Assembly: GCA_964057225.1 (NCBI GenBank)
Contig: OZ059897.1
Coordinates: 9,238,001 to 9,302,000 of the forward strand
Direction: 5' to 3'
Length of the DNA: 64,000 nt
Origin: Auanema rhodensis
Taxonomy: Eukaryota > Animalia > Nematoda
Position numbers and translations under genes: made by a program. The notes beneath the pieces were generated by a model. That model did not search any database. It saw only the letters and a program-made list of their open reading frames with translations, and was not told the origin of the DNA. This document shows, in pieces, positions 13,245-27,172 of this stretch (positions are counted from its first letter, which is position 1; each line of letters opens with the position of its first letter).

Positions 13245-14818
13245 ATGGGAACAGAAGTTGTATTACGAGAGCCTTGCTTCCAAGCTGCTCCATCTAACTT
13301 TGATCGACCATTCAAAATTCTTGTTCAGGATCAAGTTTTTTTAATCGACTCCGAATATATGAAAAAAATGTCTCCAGTAAGTTTTTTTATAATATTTGAG
13401 AGCAAACTTAGAGAAAACTTCTTCTGTATGTTCGGAAAGCATGACACGTTTCGAAAAGAAAATTTGCTCTACGGATAATGTTTCCTCAATAATGTTCGCG
13501 GTTTCAGGTATTCTCTGTTATGTGTTACGGTAAAGATTTTGAAAATGGCCGTGAATTATCCAGGGAAATCGTGGATGAAAAATGCACAGACATAGATGTT
13601 TTTCTTCGAGCAGTGAACGATCCAAGTGTCATAAATGGTTGGTTTGTATTAAAACTTGAAGTCACTTAAGAATAACCTGTATGAGCTTTTTTTAAACCTT
13701 CTCTTTTGAATCTGTTTGCACAAAGGAATTTGCGCTTTTTTTCTTAAAACAATGTGCAAACTAGTATACGGGGCTTTTCTTAGAAAAAAAAATAAATCAA
13801 GTAATCAGTAAGATATATTGAATACAAAGTATGAAGCACAGTTCAAATCCTTGATGTTGAATTCTCATTGTCGTATTTATAAAATATATCTTTGTTTTGC
13901 AGCGACGAACTTTTCCGTAATTCTTCGATTATCCAACAAATATATGGTTCAGCCAGTCATTGAATCATGTCAGAATTTTATAAAAAGACAAAATCTTGAG
14001 TATGTTTAGAAACAAGACACGTGTTGGGAAGAGAACAATCATTTTTTGCTTTTTCAGTGTGCTCCAGCCAGATGAAGTCATGTCACTATTAATATCGGCT
14101 TATGAATTCCATTGCAATCGAGACGTAATGGTTAAACTTATACGCAGAATGGCTGCCGAAAACAACACTGTCTTTACACGATTAAAAATTAGCAGATTTT
14201 TGCCAGCTCAGGTTGGTACTTTTATGTTTGTAAATTCTTTGAAAAAAAGTAGTCTTTTCGCGGTTTTATTGTACTCCACTCTATCCGTGTGATTTTTCCA
14301 TTTGTTCTCTCATTTGATCGTTTTAGTATTGTATGCTTAGCACCCTTACAGTTTTTCTGGACACTTTCTGGACAGTTTTTTGTTAAATCATATTGACTTT
14401 TACAGATTTATGGCGCCGTCATGTCTACTTCTATGAACCTGTCACAGTTAAGAGAATATGAGTCAATGAATGGCCATATTTTGAAAATGGAGAGGTATTA
14501 ATACTTTGACAGTGAACTAAAAATATATTTTTCCCTTTTATTAGACTACGCATTCGTTGGAAGCCAGCTGTCTGCGAGAAGTGTTCTGTGGTATGTGATC
14601 AAGCAGCTACATGTGACGAATGCAAAGTGGTCAGTCTTGTTCTTTAAACTTACAAAAAGATCTTATTTTTTGCCTGTTAGTAATTTTCTCTTCTATTATT
14701 TATGTTTTAGACACTATGCAAGCAACACGTGCAAGAAATAGCATGTACAAATGGACATGGTATTAAAATGCTGGCTCAACTAAAGGATAATGTTGTAGAT
14801 TTGGAATGGAAAGATTGA
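13245..14818 (+). CDS. BTB/POZ-domain protein with C-terminal Cys/His cluster (about 260 aa, 7 coding exons; the N-terminus may extend into upstream microexons)
   Basis: Spliced MGTEVVLREPCFQAAPSNFDRPFKILVQDQVFLIDSEYMKKMSP|VFSVMCYGKDFENGRE...FLRAVNDPSVINATNFSVILRLSNKYMVQPVIESCQNFI follows the BTB pattern (SPVF..M, L.LS.KY.V..V...C..F). Ends CEKCSVVCDQAATCDECKVTLCKQHVQEIAC...LEWKD*. Confidence 0.85.
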
Positions 14819-15977
14819 GAAAAGGAGGAATCTCATTTTATATAACTGTACTCTAACAAACTGTAACACCATTTAACCATCTTACTTACATCAACTTGAT
14901 TTACTTAACTAATGCATACCACCTGTAGCATATTCATCAGCTTAAACTTCACATGCTCTTGATAAGGGTAATATACGTGTTATTCCATGAAACCATGCAG
15001 AAGCAAATATCTTTTGGATTTCTTGTTTTTATTTTTCCTGGTTGAAGTCCTATTCGCATTTAATTTCAGCCGTATCCACTCTTACAAATAAGCTTTGTGC
15101 CTTTAATAATTGCCTGTTATTGTATTATATGTATAGTACCGTTTAGTTATTTCTTTGTTTTTCTCTAGTTATGTTATGTCATAGCAGTCGAACTGTTGCC
15201 AATACACTCCCTTTATTTTATCAAGAAATATTTTTTTATTTTAAGACGAGTCATTCTATCTTATTTTTTTTACGAGTCTTAAAATACGGTAGAATATGCA
15301 TCCCCTTAGAAAAGGTTGTTTTCTACTTTTTTTTTATAAAATGAAGTTTTATTTATAATAACTCATAGATCTTGTTTTCTGATATTAATCATAATAATCA
15401 TTGATGCTTGATTCTGAAGCTGAGAGAACAGTGAGAAACAATCGTTTCAAATATCTATGTGAAATGATGCTTCACGACAAATGAAGAAAAAAATAAAGTT
15501 TTGTAAATAATTTACTACAAAGCAATTTATAATAATAATTATACTCAGAATATATAAATAAAATATAATATATATATAATATATTTATAATTGAATAAAT
15601 AGGCAGACACACAGTGACTACTTTGTTATGAAAGTTAAATGAATCTGTCATCTAATTATGCGTAAAGAAAACAAATATTTTCTTTGTTATAGTCCGAGAT
15701 TGTAAGATTATTTAGTTACCTTGTAAAAAAAAATTAAAAAATGTTATTAGAAAGCATAATAACCTCATATACTATATTATATAGTATAATGGATATGTTA
15801 TTAACTAATCTAAAATGAGGGAAGTGAATTGGATTTCATTAAGAAAAACAGAAAGATGTGGTCCAATTAGAAAACACAACAAATTATAATTGACATTTGA
15901 AACAACATACTACCCAAAGAAATAAATTTAAAGGCAACTATTGGGCAAACAAGAAACATTTAGTTTACAAAACAAAG

Positions 15978-18900
15978 TTATGAACGCTTAACACGTCGTT
16001 TTGCACAGAGAGCTGAGCATGATTGAGCGCATGCTGGAGAGCATTGTCTTGAGTTTTGTCCGGAGAAAGCACACTGGCCCTGGCAGACTGTTTCACACGC
16101 CTTTTCGCAGCTTACTACTGGACAGGCGGCTTCACAAGTCTCAACACATGCAGGAGCACAAGTTGGTTCTTGAAACAGAATTTGCTATTTTATCGAAAGA
16201 AACGGGAAATACCTTTTGCAGTGCATTGTTGTGTGCATTGAACATCACAAGGTAGATTGCAGTTGTAATTTACAGTAAGCTGAACCACAGGAGTTGGAGC
16301 TGAACCACACAGTTGTTGGCAGCTTGCTTCACATCCTGAAAACAATTGTTATCTTTTTTTTTCTCGGAAAAAATAATTATATCAATGTTAAATAATAAAA
16401 CAGCTACTGAAAACATACCATTGTGACATTGCGGGGTCGGACTAGGGCAAAGGTTCTTGCAATCTGTCATGCATTTTGGTGCGCATGTTTGAGCCTGAAA
16501 AGATTTTTTATAAGTTTAAAGATAAAACAAGAATATTGGGGGCCTAAACCTGTTGGACATTTGCAACATTGGCTGCAGCTTTAGAACATATATCATTACA
16601 CTGTGTAGTACAAGTTGGCTGACAAACTGTGACAGGTTGGCCAGCGGCTTGACACTTATTCTGACAATCGGGTTCGCATTGCACTAAGCAAGAATCTTGT
16701 TGTTTGATCTGTAATTTCAAGAATGGATATATTTTGAACTTTTTTTATTTTTCTTACATTCAAATATTGAACTGGCTGAACGGGTTGAACATACTGAACA
16801 GGTGCTACAACTGGAACTGGTACTGCAGCAGCCTAAATTCATTCGAAAGATAAAAATATTAAATTTCAGTAAAAATAACCTGTACAACGGGAACGATATA
16901 AGTGGCCGGAGGATTGTTACAGAAATTGGCACAGCTTGAACCACAAGTTGGCTTACATGCTTCAGCAGTTTGTCCTTTAGCTTCACAACTCTGAACACAT
17001 GTCTTTTCACATATGAGAGGGCATGCTTGCTGTTGAGACATCTGAATTGAGTTTTAGTTGTTTCTTGTGATCCTATGTTTCAAAATAAAATTCTTACTTC
17101 TCCATTAACAATCTTGATACAAATTGAATCACATGCGGGCATGCATTCTGGAGCACATTGTGCATGTGCAGGTGCTACATTAGCCACGGGAACAGTCATC
17201 GTTGGCTACAAAGTGTAAACGTAAAAATAAGAATTGAGTTATAGGATTACCTGAGCACACGCTGTAGTACATTGGCCATTACAAACTTTTCCACAATGAT
17301 CTTGAGGTAATCGTTCAACACATTGAGAATTACATGTCTAAAAGTGTAAATTCAAAATTTAAATTTGGAAAACTGTGTTAATGTACTTGTTCACAAATTG
17401 GAATACATTCTGGTACTTGGAAGTTAATGAGAGTCATTTGTGGAGCAGCAGGTTGAGCCACAACTGGTTGCTGAGGTATTACCTGTGGACGACATTCGTT
17501 CTCGCAGACCTTAAAGAAAAAGTTTTGATTAATTGTTCAGGCTGACAATCATACCTCAACACAGATAGCTGGGCACTGTTGTGGATTTGGATTATTCTGT
17601 TTACATCCAGTTTGACATTGAGTTTCGCAGGGACAAGGTACAGTATTCTGAGTAGTTATATGAATCTTTAATGACTCCTAAAAACAATTAAAAATAATAA
17701 TTCTAGGATGCGAATTAACCTGCTGTTGAACACATTGTGGAGCACACTGCGGTTGGCACTGTGGAACACATTGAGGCGGAGTTGCTACTGGAGCAGGAGC
17801 TTGGACTGTGTTCTAAAGAAAACAGTAATTCTAGATAAAAAAGTTTGGTGTATAACATGCTAACAGAGAAAATAACTGAATTTTTGGTTTTATTTCTTGG
17901 AAGAAGCTGTTTTTAGTGCAAAAGCATAGCAAAATAATAAAAGGAGTAGTATCAAAGCGAAGCGAATAGAAACAGAAAAGGTATAAACTTAATAAACCAA
18001 GGATAACCTGTGAAGCAGCGTTGTAATTAATGATGCATTGTGGTTGGCAAGCTGGTTTACAAGCATCAGCACATTGAATTTCGTTATTAGTAACACTTAT
18101 ATGTACCATTTGTGAACGAATACAGCTTTCTTCGCAAGCTGGTTGACAAGTGGGAATGCAGGAAGCACTTGCTGCTCCTGTAGATACAACAGGTGTAACA
18201 ATGACTGGAGCTGAACTCTGTGCAGTTTGCACGCAAGTTGGCTCGCAAGCTGGCATGCAAGCCGAAATACAAGTGTTGGGCGCAACTACAGGTGTCGGAG
18301 GCTGCTGTTGGACAAATTGAACACAGGTAGGCTGGCAGGCTGGCTGACAGGCTACCGGGCAGTCAAGCGTTGGAGCTGCAGGAGTCTGAACTGCAGCCAC
18401 ACACTGAGGCTCGCAAGCAGGCATACATGATGGAATGCATGTGGCTGGAGCAGTAGGCTGAAGATAGATTGGATTCTGTTGTACAGTCGAGTGAAGTTGA
18501 AGGCAGCTCTGCTGACAGTCGGGCATACAGGCAGGAAGACACGAGTCCGTCAAAAGTTGCACCTGAATACAAGCATTGTCACAAAGTGGTTGACAAACGG
18601 CAGGGCAGTTAGTTAAGCTTGATCCATTTTGTGATGGATGTTGTGATGAATTAGGTGAAGTGAAAGTGTAGTTGATTAGATGAGGATCATTATATGTAAC
18701 TGAAGGTTGTAAACTTTGGTTATTAGCTACTGGAATGTTTACTGAATTGTCGTTGTTCAATGATTCTGATGTTAATGCGTCGGTACTGTTAGCTGCAGCT
18801 GAACCGGAAGTAGATAAAGGAACAGTTTGAAACTGTTGCTGTAATGGTTCTTGAGCTGGTGGATATTGCTGTTGATGCGCAGAATTAGTCGATACAGGAA

Positions 18901-21900
18901 GAGTAGGCGTTATGTTGTTAGGCGGAGCTTGGTTGTTAGGAGCTTCAAAATTTTGATTTAGTCCGACAATAGATGTGGTTGAAAGATAAGGTATAGATGT
19001 AACAGGTTGCCAATTTTCTGTGTAAGGTAAGTCATCTACTTCTACAGTATGAGGACTTTCAGTTGTAACTTGATCGCTAAAATCAAAAGGTAGATTTTCA
19101 TCAACATCATTAACAGTATTTTGCGAATGAACATCAGTTATCCAGCTAGAAACAGGATTTCCTGAGACAATCTTTTGAACAGCTGATAGCTTGCCATCTC
19201 CAGTTTGGTAAAGAGTACGACTGATATAGACTGGATTATTTTGGTCTTGTACGACATTGTTAAGTTGGTACACTTGTTGGCTACGCTGTTGAACTTGTTG
19301 AATACAATCTAATTCGCAATTTGGACGACACGGTATTGGACAATTTTGAAACTCCAAAGAACTGCCAGAAGTGTTCAAATCGTAATCAAAATGGCGTATA
19401 GGCATTGTCATATTTTGAATACACTCCTGATCACAAGACGGCTGACAAGCATCAGGACATTGTAATTTTGGATTCTTGGGTATTTGTGGAGGTGGTGTGA
19501 ACGTTAATTGAAGTGATATCATTTGAAGCATTTCTTGAGCTTGAACGCAGTTCTCATCACATGTTGGCATACATGGAGCAACACAAATTTTGTTATGAAG
19601 TGGTTTTCCTTCAGGATTTAGATATATAGGCATGTTAGTAGGTTGTTGTGTTTGTGGTTGTGATTGTGGTTGTGGTTGCTGTTGTGGTTGTGCTAAAACC
19701 GAAGAAGAAAAGAACTGATTCTGAGTGTAGTATTGAACACAGGCTGAAGTGCACGCTGGTTGGCAGATACTCGGACAGTTGGAAACTACCTGAGGTTCGT
19801 ATGATGGAGGTACAACCGGTGGCATAGCAGTTGTTGGAGTTTGAGGTGTCGTTGTTGGAGTTTGGGTGTTGTCACTCGGCAAGGGAGTGAAAGTGAAATG
19901 TGGCATAGATGTGGTGCTTATAGTATTGAAAGCTTGAATGCAAGACGGAAGACAAGCGGGTTGGCAAGCAGCAATACAGTCAGATGATGTCGAAGCTTCT
20001 GTTTGGAGAGTAGGAGGGGACATGGTCACTATATTGATACGGATGTTTTCCGTGCTTGGGTTGTTCGAAAAATTGAAATTACTCGGAAGTGGTGCAATTG
20101 TGTATGGTTCAGGTACTTTATTTGTTGGAGTGTTGGATTGAAGACAACTTGTCAGACATAGAGGTTGACAAGGCGCAATACAATCACCGGGAGTTGATAA
20201 CGTTGGAGCCGTCGTGAAAGGCTTGAAAGTAAATTGAGGCATCATTGTAGGGGATTGGGTGGTGGTCTTCAAGCCCTCAGGAGGAGCTAAAATAATCTGA
20301 ATTTTGGGCTCAGGAGTAACAGAATATTTTTCTGAACACTCTGATAAACATAAAGGTTGGCAAGCGAAATGACAATTTTGCTTCGGCAATAGAGTCGCCG
20401 GAGTAACTGTCTGTTTCAGCCCTGTACTGGCAGTAGGAAGTTGGCCAGGTTGTGTTAAAATAGAATTTGTACAAGATGGTAAGCATAACGGTTGACAAGG
20501 TGGTATACACGATGAAGATGGATTGGGTGAATTGGGTGAATTTGTGAAGGATGTAGATGATGAAGAACTAGACGTGAACTTGAATAAGTTAATAAAATTT
20601 CCTAAATTGACATTCGATTGTGTGATTGGTGTTGGCAAAGCAGGGGCTGTGGTTGAAGATTGTTGGCAAGCAGTTTCACATGCTGATACACACGTAGGTT
20701 GACAAATGGTATTGGTGGGTCTAGTTTCACAATATGCTGTGCATTTATCACGGCAACCCATGATACAAACGTGAGGTTGAAATGAAATTTGCACCTGAAT
20801 ATTATTCGTGGGTTGACGACTCGAACAGGAAGCGCCACATTGATCTGAGCAGGAACCTGCACAGCTCTTGGCGGCATTTCCTTGACTGACACATTGCGAG
20901 TGACAAGCCTGGTTACATTTCGTTGGACAGTTCGAATTGAAATAACTATCGTTGATATCGAGGGTGATCTGAATTGGTTTCGCTGGCGCTGGTGTACCCA
21001 TATTTTCAGGTTGATTGCAGCCAAATTGACAAGTATTAGCACAAGTCTTCTGACACAAAGATATTGGTGAGTTAGACTTTGCGACACAAGCAGCTTGGCA
21101 GACATTTTGACAAGATGACTGACAAGATGCTACTTCTGATTGGGCAGGAATCTGTAAGCAAAGCGTTTTATTTTCAGCGGCTTCGGTATGTCTTTCAAGC
21201 ATTAATAATAGATCAAATGAATTATCACCTTGAGTTGAACAGCATAGGTTGAAGCTACTCTACAAGTGTTTTGACAAGTGCTCGAGCATTGTTGAGCGCA
21301 TTGTCCAGTGTTCCCAGTGTTACGAGTACAAACAGGTATACAAGCACGTTCACATGTAGTTGAGCAATCGGTTTTCTAAACAAAAAAAAACAAATAAAGC
21401 AGCCTACTTCATAAACGTAAACCATACCAGTTCTCCTCTGCTACATGAAGGCTGACAACTTGGTCTCTGTTGGCAAGAACAAACAGCTGAAGGTCCTACA
21501 TTAGCTGTGAAAACTTGTGGCTGACAGTTGCAGAATGAGGAGCATCCACAATCTCGTTTGGGTCTTCTAGCCTAAAAACATTAAATTGAAACTTGAAAAT
21601 GATGAATGCTTAGATTAAATATGATTTTTTTTTCTATAATTATTGTTTCATGCTTGGATAATCGTGTGCTGTGCCGTGAAGACACTTGGGTGGTTTCTTG
21701 GAAAAGAACAGTTTCAATATATATTCTTTTCCAAAATCTCAATTTGCACTTTGTTCATCTTCAGCTATTGTCATTAAAAAATGACATAACGACATTTCTA
21801 TTTATAGTCTGTTGTTCACGGCTTATGATTATTCTCATAAAATTTGTCTAGATAAAAAATAAGTCGAAGGGACTAAGCAGGGAAATAAGGGAGACGAAGA

Positions 21901-24757
21901 TTTAGAGAAAGAAACGGAAAATAATTTAAACACAGTCCCTCTAATGTGGACATGGTATTGATACAACGAGCAACTGTCTCACGAAAGATTTATAGGGTTA
22001 GAGCTCTTGTTTGTTCACTATTCTTGAAAGAAATGAAACCTACCATGTCCGTAAGAGGTAAGATAGGACTTTGTGAAATTTTCTGAGCGGTATTGCTGCT
22101 TCAAAAGATTTAAAAAAAAAGATTCAAATAACTGTACGCATAGAAGTTTATAAAAGAAATCGGGATATTTTGAGAGAAAACTTTGAGCCGAGAAAAAGCA
22201 AAAATCCCCGAGTTCCGAGCAATTTTAAACCAGAAGAGCCTTGTACAATAACTTTTTCAATTCACTGTCTTGAAGGCTATTTGCCGAGCAAAAACTAATC
22301 TACTAACTAATGCTTAATGGGTGTTCGGCTGAAAAACTTCGTAAATTTCTACAGTCGATCATTGTTTTTCCTTTTTTCGCTTATATTTTTATGTTATATT
22401 TTAAAGAAAAGAATATTAGATAAATTAATAAAATAGTAAGATTCAAATACGAGTAAACTCATAGTTCTTATCTTAAAATTGAAAAGTTGAAGCACTAAAG
22501 CTCTGTCATTTGTATTTTTTGTTGAAAATTTAGTTGAAAAAGATGTAATTCTATTTGTTCATGAAAAATAAAAGTTTAAATTTGAAGCATGTTTCTTAAT
22601 CTCTATAGTCTTATCAGTTCTATTTGATTTTTAAACGAAAATTCTATATTTTCACACTTACACGAACACTTCTATACTAATCTGTTGCCCGCAATAAGCA
22701 ATATTCTGCTAATATTTGGGTTGAAGGTGTAACTTGAGTGAACAAAACGTGTTGAGTGTGATAATACCCCCTCAAGGTAGTATCCATCTATATGAGCAAG
22801 TTGTTGCTCTAGTATTAGTCATCAAACAGATAAGTCAACAAAAAGAAAACGAGACTCAAAAAACGATCTGTTAGAGGTCAGCAGAAAAGAAAAAACATTG
22901 ACAACAGCTAAGAAGACGGGAATCGTATTCGATTTCAAAATAGTTTGCTTTGCTTAAATCCTTTTATCGTCATTCATTGCATTGCGTTAAAAATTTCAAA
23001 AAAGATCATCAGAAATAATTGCGACGGGAATTAGGTGTTGTCCTTCAAGTGTTGCGGAGAAGGAAACATTCGGATCACCTTTCAGAAGTTTGAATATGCT
23101 GTTAAGCTCTTAAGCTTTTCGTAATTCTTAGCATTATAATCCTTTAATCTCATCGACCGAACATAATTTAATGATTTTCGAGCATAATTCAAATGATGAT
23201 AGAAATGGTATGTTTGTTGAACTTCGGTTCGCAATATGCACACGTTCTAGTCCCCCCCCCCATCTCTTATGCAGGAAATGGAGCAAATAGCTGAGAGGCT
23301 ACTAGAGTGACACATGGTTGAACATGCCTTGAGGGTAATCTGAATAGGTTTCTATCTTCATCATATAACAAACTTATTGGTGAGCTAGTGAGTGTTCTAT
23401 TGAGAGTTGTGTTGCGTGATGTATCTCGAAGTGCACTCGAGAAGTCAATTCCTAGTCGCCGTTGGGCGCCAACAATGTCCAAACAAATACAACTAACACG
23501 ATAACTACCAAGTCCAAATGAAACAAGCAAGTAGTCGGAAGCATTCAGATTTAATAAGATATGAAAGATATTGTAGAATAACATTAGAGAGAATGCGAAC
23601 TTTGGTGTTTTCATGAGAGATTGAGGTGGGGTTCCCTTGAAACTTAGTGATAAAGCTTGTACGATTAGCACTTGGCGCGATTTTGAATATCTTGAGAAAA
23701 TGGTTGAAAAGATGAAGAGATGAAGTAGTTTATCACATATTATGTTGTCTGGTCAGCTCGAGAAGGTTTTTGAGCTACGAACCTGCTCTCTACACCATGT
23801 CGACAATATGTGAACGTGTTTGTGTTTGATTTGAAAAGATAATCTTTCATAAAGCAATGCTTAACCCTTTTTTTAGTTGTAAGCTGAAGTTTTGAGTGGG
23901 AGAATTTCAAAATGAAATTCGTATTTTCTATAAAAGCTATTCACACACCTTATAGGATGGTACGTAAAGAAACGCTTTAAGTGAAAAGTTAAAAATTGAA
24001 TGCATAAATTCTGACTCAATCTCACGAACAGCCATCATTGGACTTCGGACATGACGTTCAATGAGAGAAAAGCTCAAATCATGTGCAGATTGAGAGAACT
24101 ATTAGAGTGATGACGCTTACAAAAGAGAAATATATTGATGTATAGAGAGACAAGGATGATAGGTAGGTGAGCTTTTGATTGCTAGATACCTATTCGGAAC
24201 CACATAGATAGATATACAAGAAGGGAAAAGCTGAATTAAATGGACACGAGAAAGACAAATAGATTTGTACGATTGTCCATTAGATTGACACTGATTTAAC
24301 AAAGTTTTTCAACAAGAAAAGCACATTATCTCCACTATCAATAGAATTTGGTGGCAGAGAATATTCTTGAAAAAGGCTCAAAGGTTTAAATAGAAAACGG
24401 TTTGTCTACTTCAATAAGCATGGGAATGTTCTAAAGTATAAGTTGGTTTACTCATATTTGTTTGATCAAACCCATCCAACAGTTTGATAGGTATGGGATG
24501 TCGTGGGTAAAAATTCAAAGAGAAAACATTACTTTGAGAATTTGGTCATCTAAAATCAAAAATACTACTGGGTAATACGGTATATCTAAACTAATTCGCA
24601 ATTGAATGTTTAAAGGTTTAATATTGGAAATAGGAAGATTTAGTACGATCAATGAACCGCGTTGATAGAAGAAATTTCAATTTTTGTTTAAAGTAGACTT
24701 GAAACTTACAGCATGAGAGAGCCCAAATAAGAGCAATAGAATCAGTAGAGATCTCAT
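15978..24757 (-). CDS. Very large secreted CX3C-repeat protein, ABU/PQN-like (gene 2, about 1600 aa, about 15 exons including a 3144-nt exon at 21151-18008)
   Basis: Exon 1 at 24757-24710 gives MRSLLILLLLFGLSHA, then a 3.1-kb intron, then ARRPKR|DCGCSSFCNCQP. The 1123-aa ORF contains the giant exon. Eleven downstream exons join in frame and end CQGQCAFSGQNSRQCSPACAQSCSALCAKRRVKRS*. Exon 1 is inferred from phase and the need for a signal peptide. Confidence 0.88.
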
Positions 24758-25919
24758 GAGCTGTGGATGTAATGGAACTGAAGATACGAGGAGGTGGAGT
24801 TCCTTGAGGCGTAAAGCGGGGACAGCAATCGGACAAGGTGATGGCTAAGAGCAACAGCAGCTCTAGCAGCTCCTCCTACTTTCGTCCTCCGCCTATCCTT
24901 GTATACCTGTACGCTCTATCCTTCGATTTCTCTAATTCTCTCTAACCCTCTCTCTTTCTCACTCTTTTTCATAAGAAAATTCTGTATTTCTCCGTTGTTG
25001 CTCATTGTTTTTCATTCTATTTTCTAGCAGAATGTTGTCTTCTTATGTTGTCTCTTCTCTTGTTCTTCATGAACTTTTTGAACTCTTTTTCTTGTCATTC
25101 TATCTCGCAACCTCTAAACTTTTGTCAACGCTCAAACCCCCTCAGGGAGTTGTAGGCTGTAAAAACAATGAGCACTTTGCTGCTTGTTGGAGTGTAGACG
25201 ATGCTTGAAGATTTGGAGAACGATTGTTCGTTTCAAGATAAGCTGACCAGTCAGAACAAGGCAAACCCACTTGAGCAGTGATCAAATCTATCTTCGGAAA
25301 CAATCAGAACGAAGCAATTCAATGTTGTTCCATATCATACATGATTAAGCAAGTGTGCTGTTTTGAGCTCAGTTTTTGTTACAATTTCTGTCAGATATCT
25401 AGACATTGAATAGTCATTTCACGCAAAAAAACATTCTATTTGGAACTATTTCAAGACAGCTGTGATTCAAATATGATTTTGAAATCACTTTTTACGATGA
25501 ATCGGATGAAAAAGTTCTGTATTTTAAAAATAAAATTGACATAATTATCCGAAAACGTAAAACGATTTTAAAGGAAAAAGGAGAATGAAATCTAAATTGT
25601 AGTATGTACCTCAGTATTATATAATCATCTCACCAAACTTCACTATAACTTGATCGTAACACAGTTTATGCAAACATTAAACGGCTATGAGTATTCGGTA
25701 CAAGTACCGTTGCAACACTATCTCCTCTACTAATCTTGAATTATCAGACAAACTTTACATCTTTAGTCCTTTTACATTACATTTCTCTTCATCTTTTCAA
25801 TAGTATAAGAATATTAAAACATTTTCTTTATTTCCGTTTTAGAATTCCAGCTAAAAACAAGAAAATTGAAATCAATATTTTCAAAAAGCCATAATAATTT
25901 AATAATACATATTAATGAA

Positions 25920-27117
25920 TTAAGATCTTTTCTCGAATTTTGGGCGCATTGCTCTCAGATGTTTTCTTCGGAGTTTAGCTTGACAAACTGGATAGCACGT
26001 AGTTTGACAAGCAGCTAAACATTGAGGTCCGGCTAATGAATGAACTCCACATTGATGCTCACATTGAACCTATAAATAATCTTTTTTTTTCTCATTCAAA
26101 TAAAAGTACTATTAGGAATGTTTGAAGACTTGTTCCATTTTTGAGTTTTAATGTTTAGGCACATCGGGTGTTTCATTTAAAATTTTTCTCACGCAGTCGC
26201 CTATGCTTGTCCAGACTATTACTGTCCCGAAAAATATATTTATACAGACTATGAGCGATATATTGAGAATGAAAATGCATTGTGTCACGCATTATGGATA
26301 AGCAAGTAAGTGAGAGAATATTAGTTTTTCATTTCATCATATAATCTTCCGTCCAACTTATTTTAGATATTTATATTTAGAAACTTTGGAAGTAGTAATG
26401 TTTTAGGCTTATTCTTCTCCTATCTGTTCATATCCATCATTTTCAATTTTTGTATTTTAATTTCAACTTACGGAGCATTCGTTCTGGCATAATGATTGAA
26501 TTTGAGGGCTGACTGGAATAGTATCAACTTCAGAAAGCATCATTGATGGACGTTGATTGTTTGGTAGAGGGGGAACAACCATCGGCTCATTTACAAAAGA
26601 AATCAGAATTTCAGCCTGAAATATATTGGAAAACATACTCTTAACATACAACACTATAGTTAGTTTTCTTTGGAACAAACGGGAGTTTGTTTGCTCAACC
26701 CTTTTGTTTTTTTTCTTTTCTTAACACTTAATGGATTGTTTTAACTATATGCAGTCAAAGAAAAAACACGCTTCTTGACCACAATTGTTCTCCGAAACAG
26801 GAAAGTTCAACAGTTCATCAGGCAATTTCAATAGAACGCTTGTAAACTTGACGGTTTAAGTCCTCAAGCTGCTCACATTTAACATTCGCAGAATTTTTTA
26901 GCTTTTCTATTCAAAATATCTGAAGTCTTTTCAATATACACATATCAAAAGAAAGCATTTGGGGGGCTTCTCTTTCTTTCTCTCTTTCCCTCTTTATCTA
27001 TCTCTCTCTCTCTGTCTCTCCCTCTTTCCTTCACTCCCTCTCTTATCCCTTTCTCTTTCTTTCTTTCCCTCTTTATCTCTCTCTGTTTTCCTTATTCTCT
27101 CTCTCTCTATCTCTCTC

Positions 27118-27172
<55 letters not shown>

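Noticed and set aside
17831-21202. 1123-aa ORF as a standalone intronless gene
   Set aside because: Its ends are intronic read-through. Splice sites at 21151 and 18008 make it an internal exon of gene 2.
26160-26280. Possible MITE or Tc1 terminal-repeat remnant in a gene 3 intron
   Set aside because: Inverted similarity is too degenerate, with no clear terminal repeat pair or target-site duplication.
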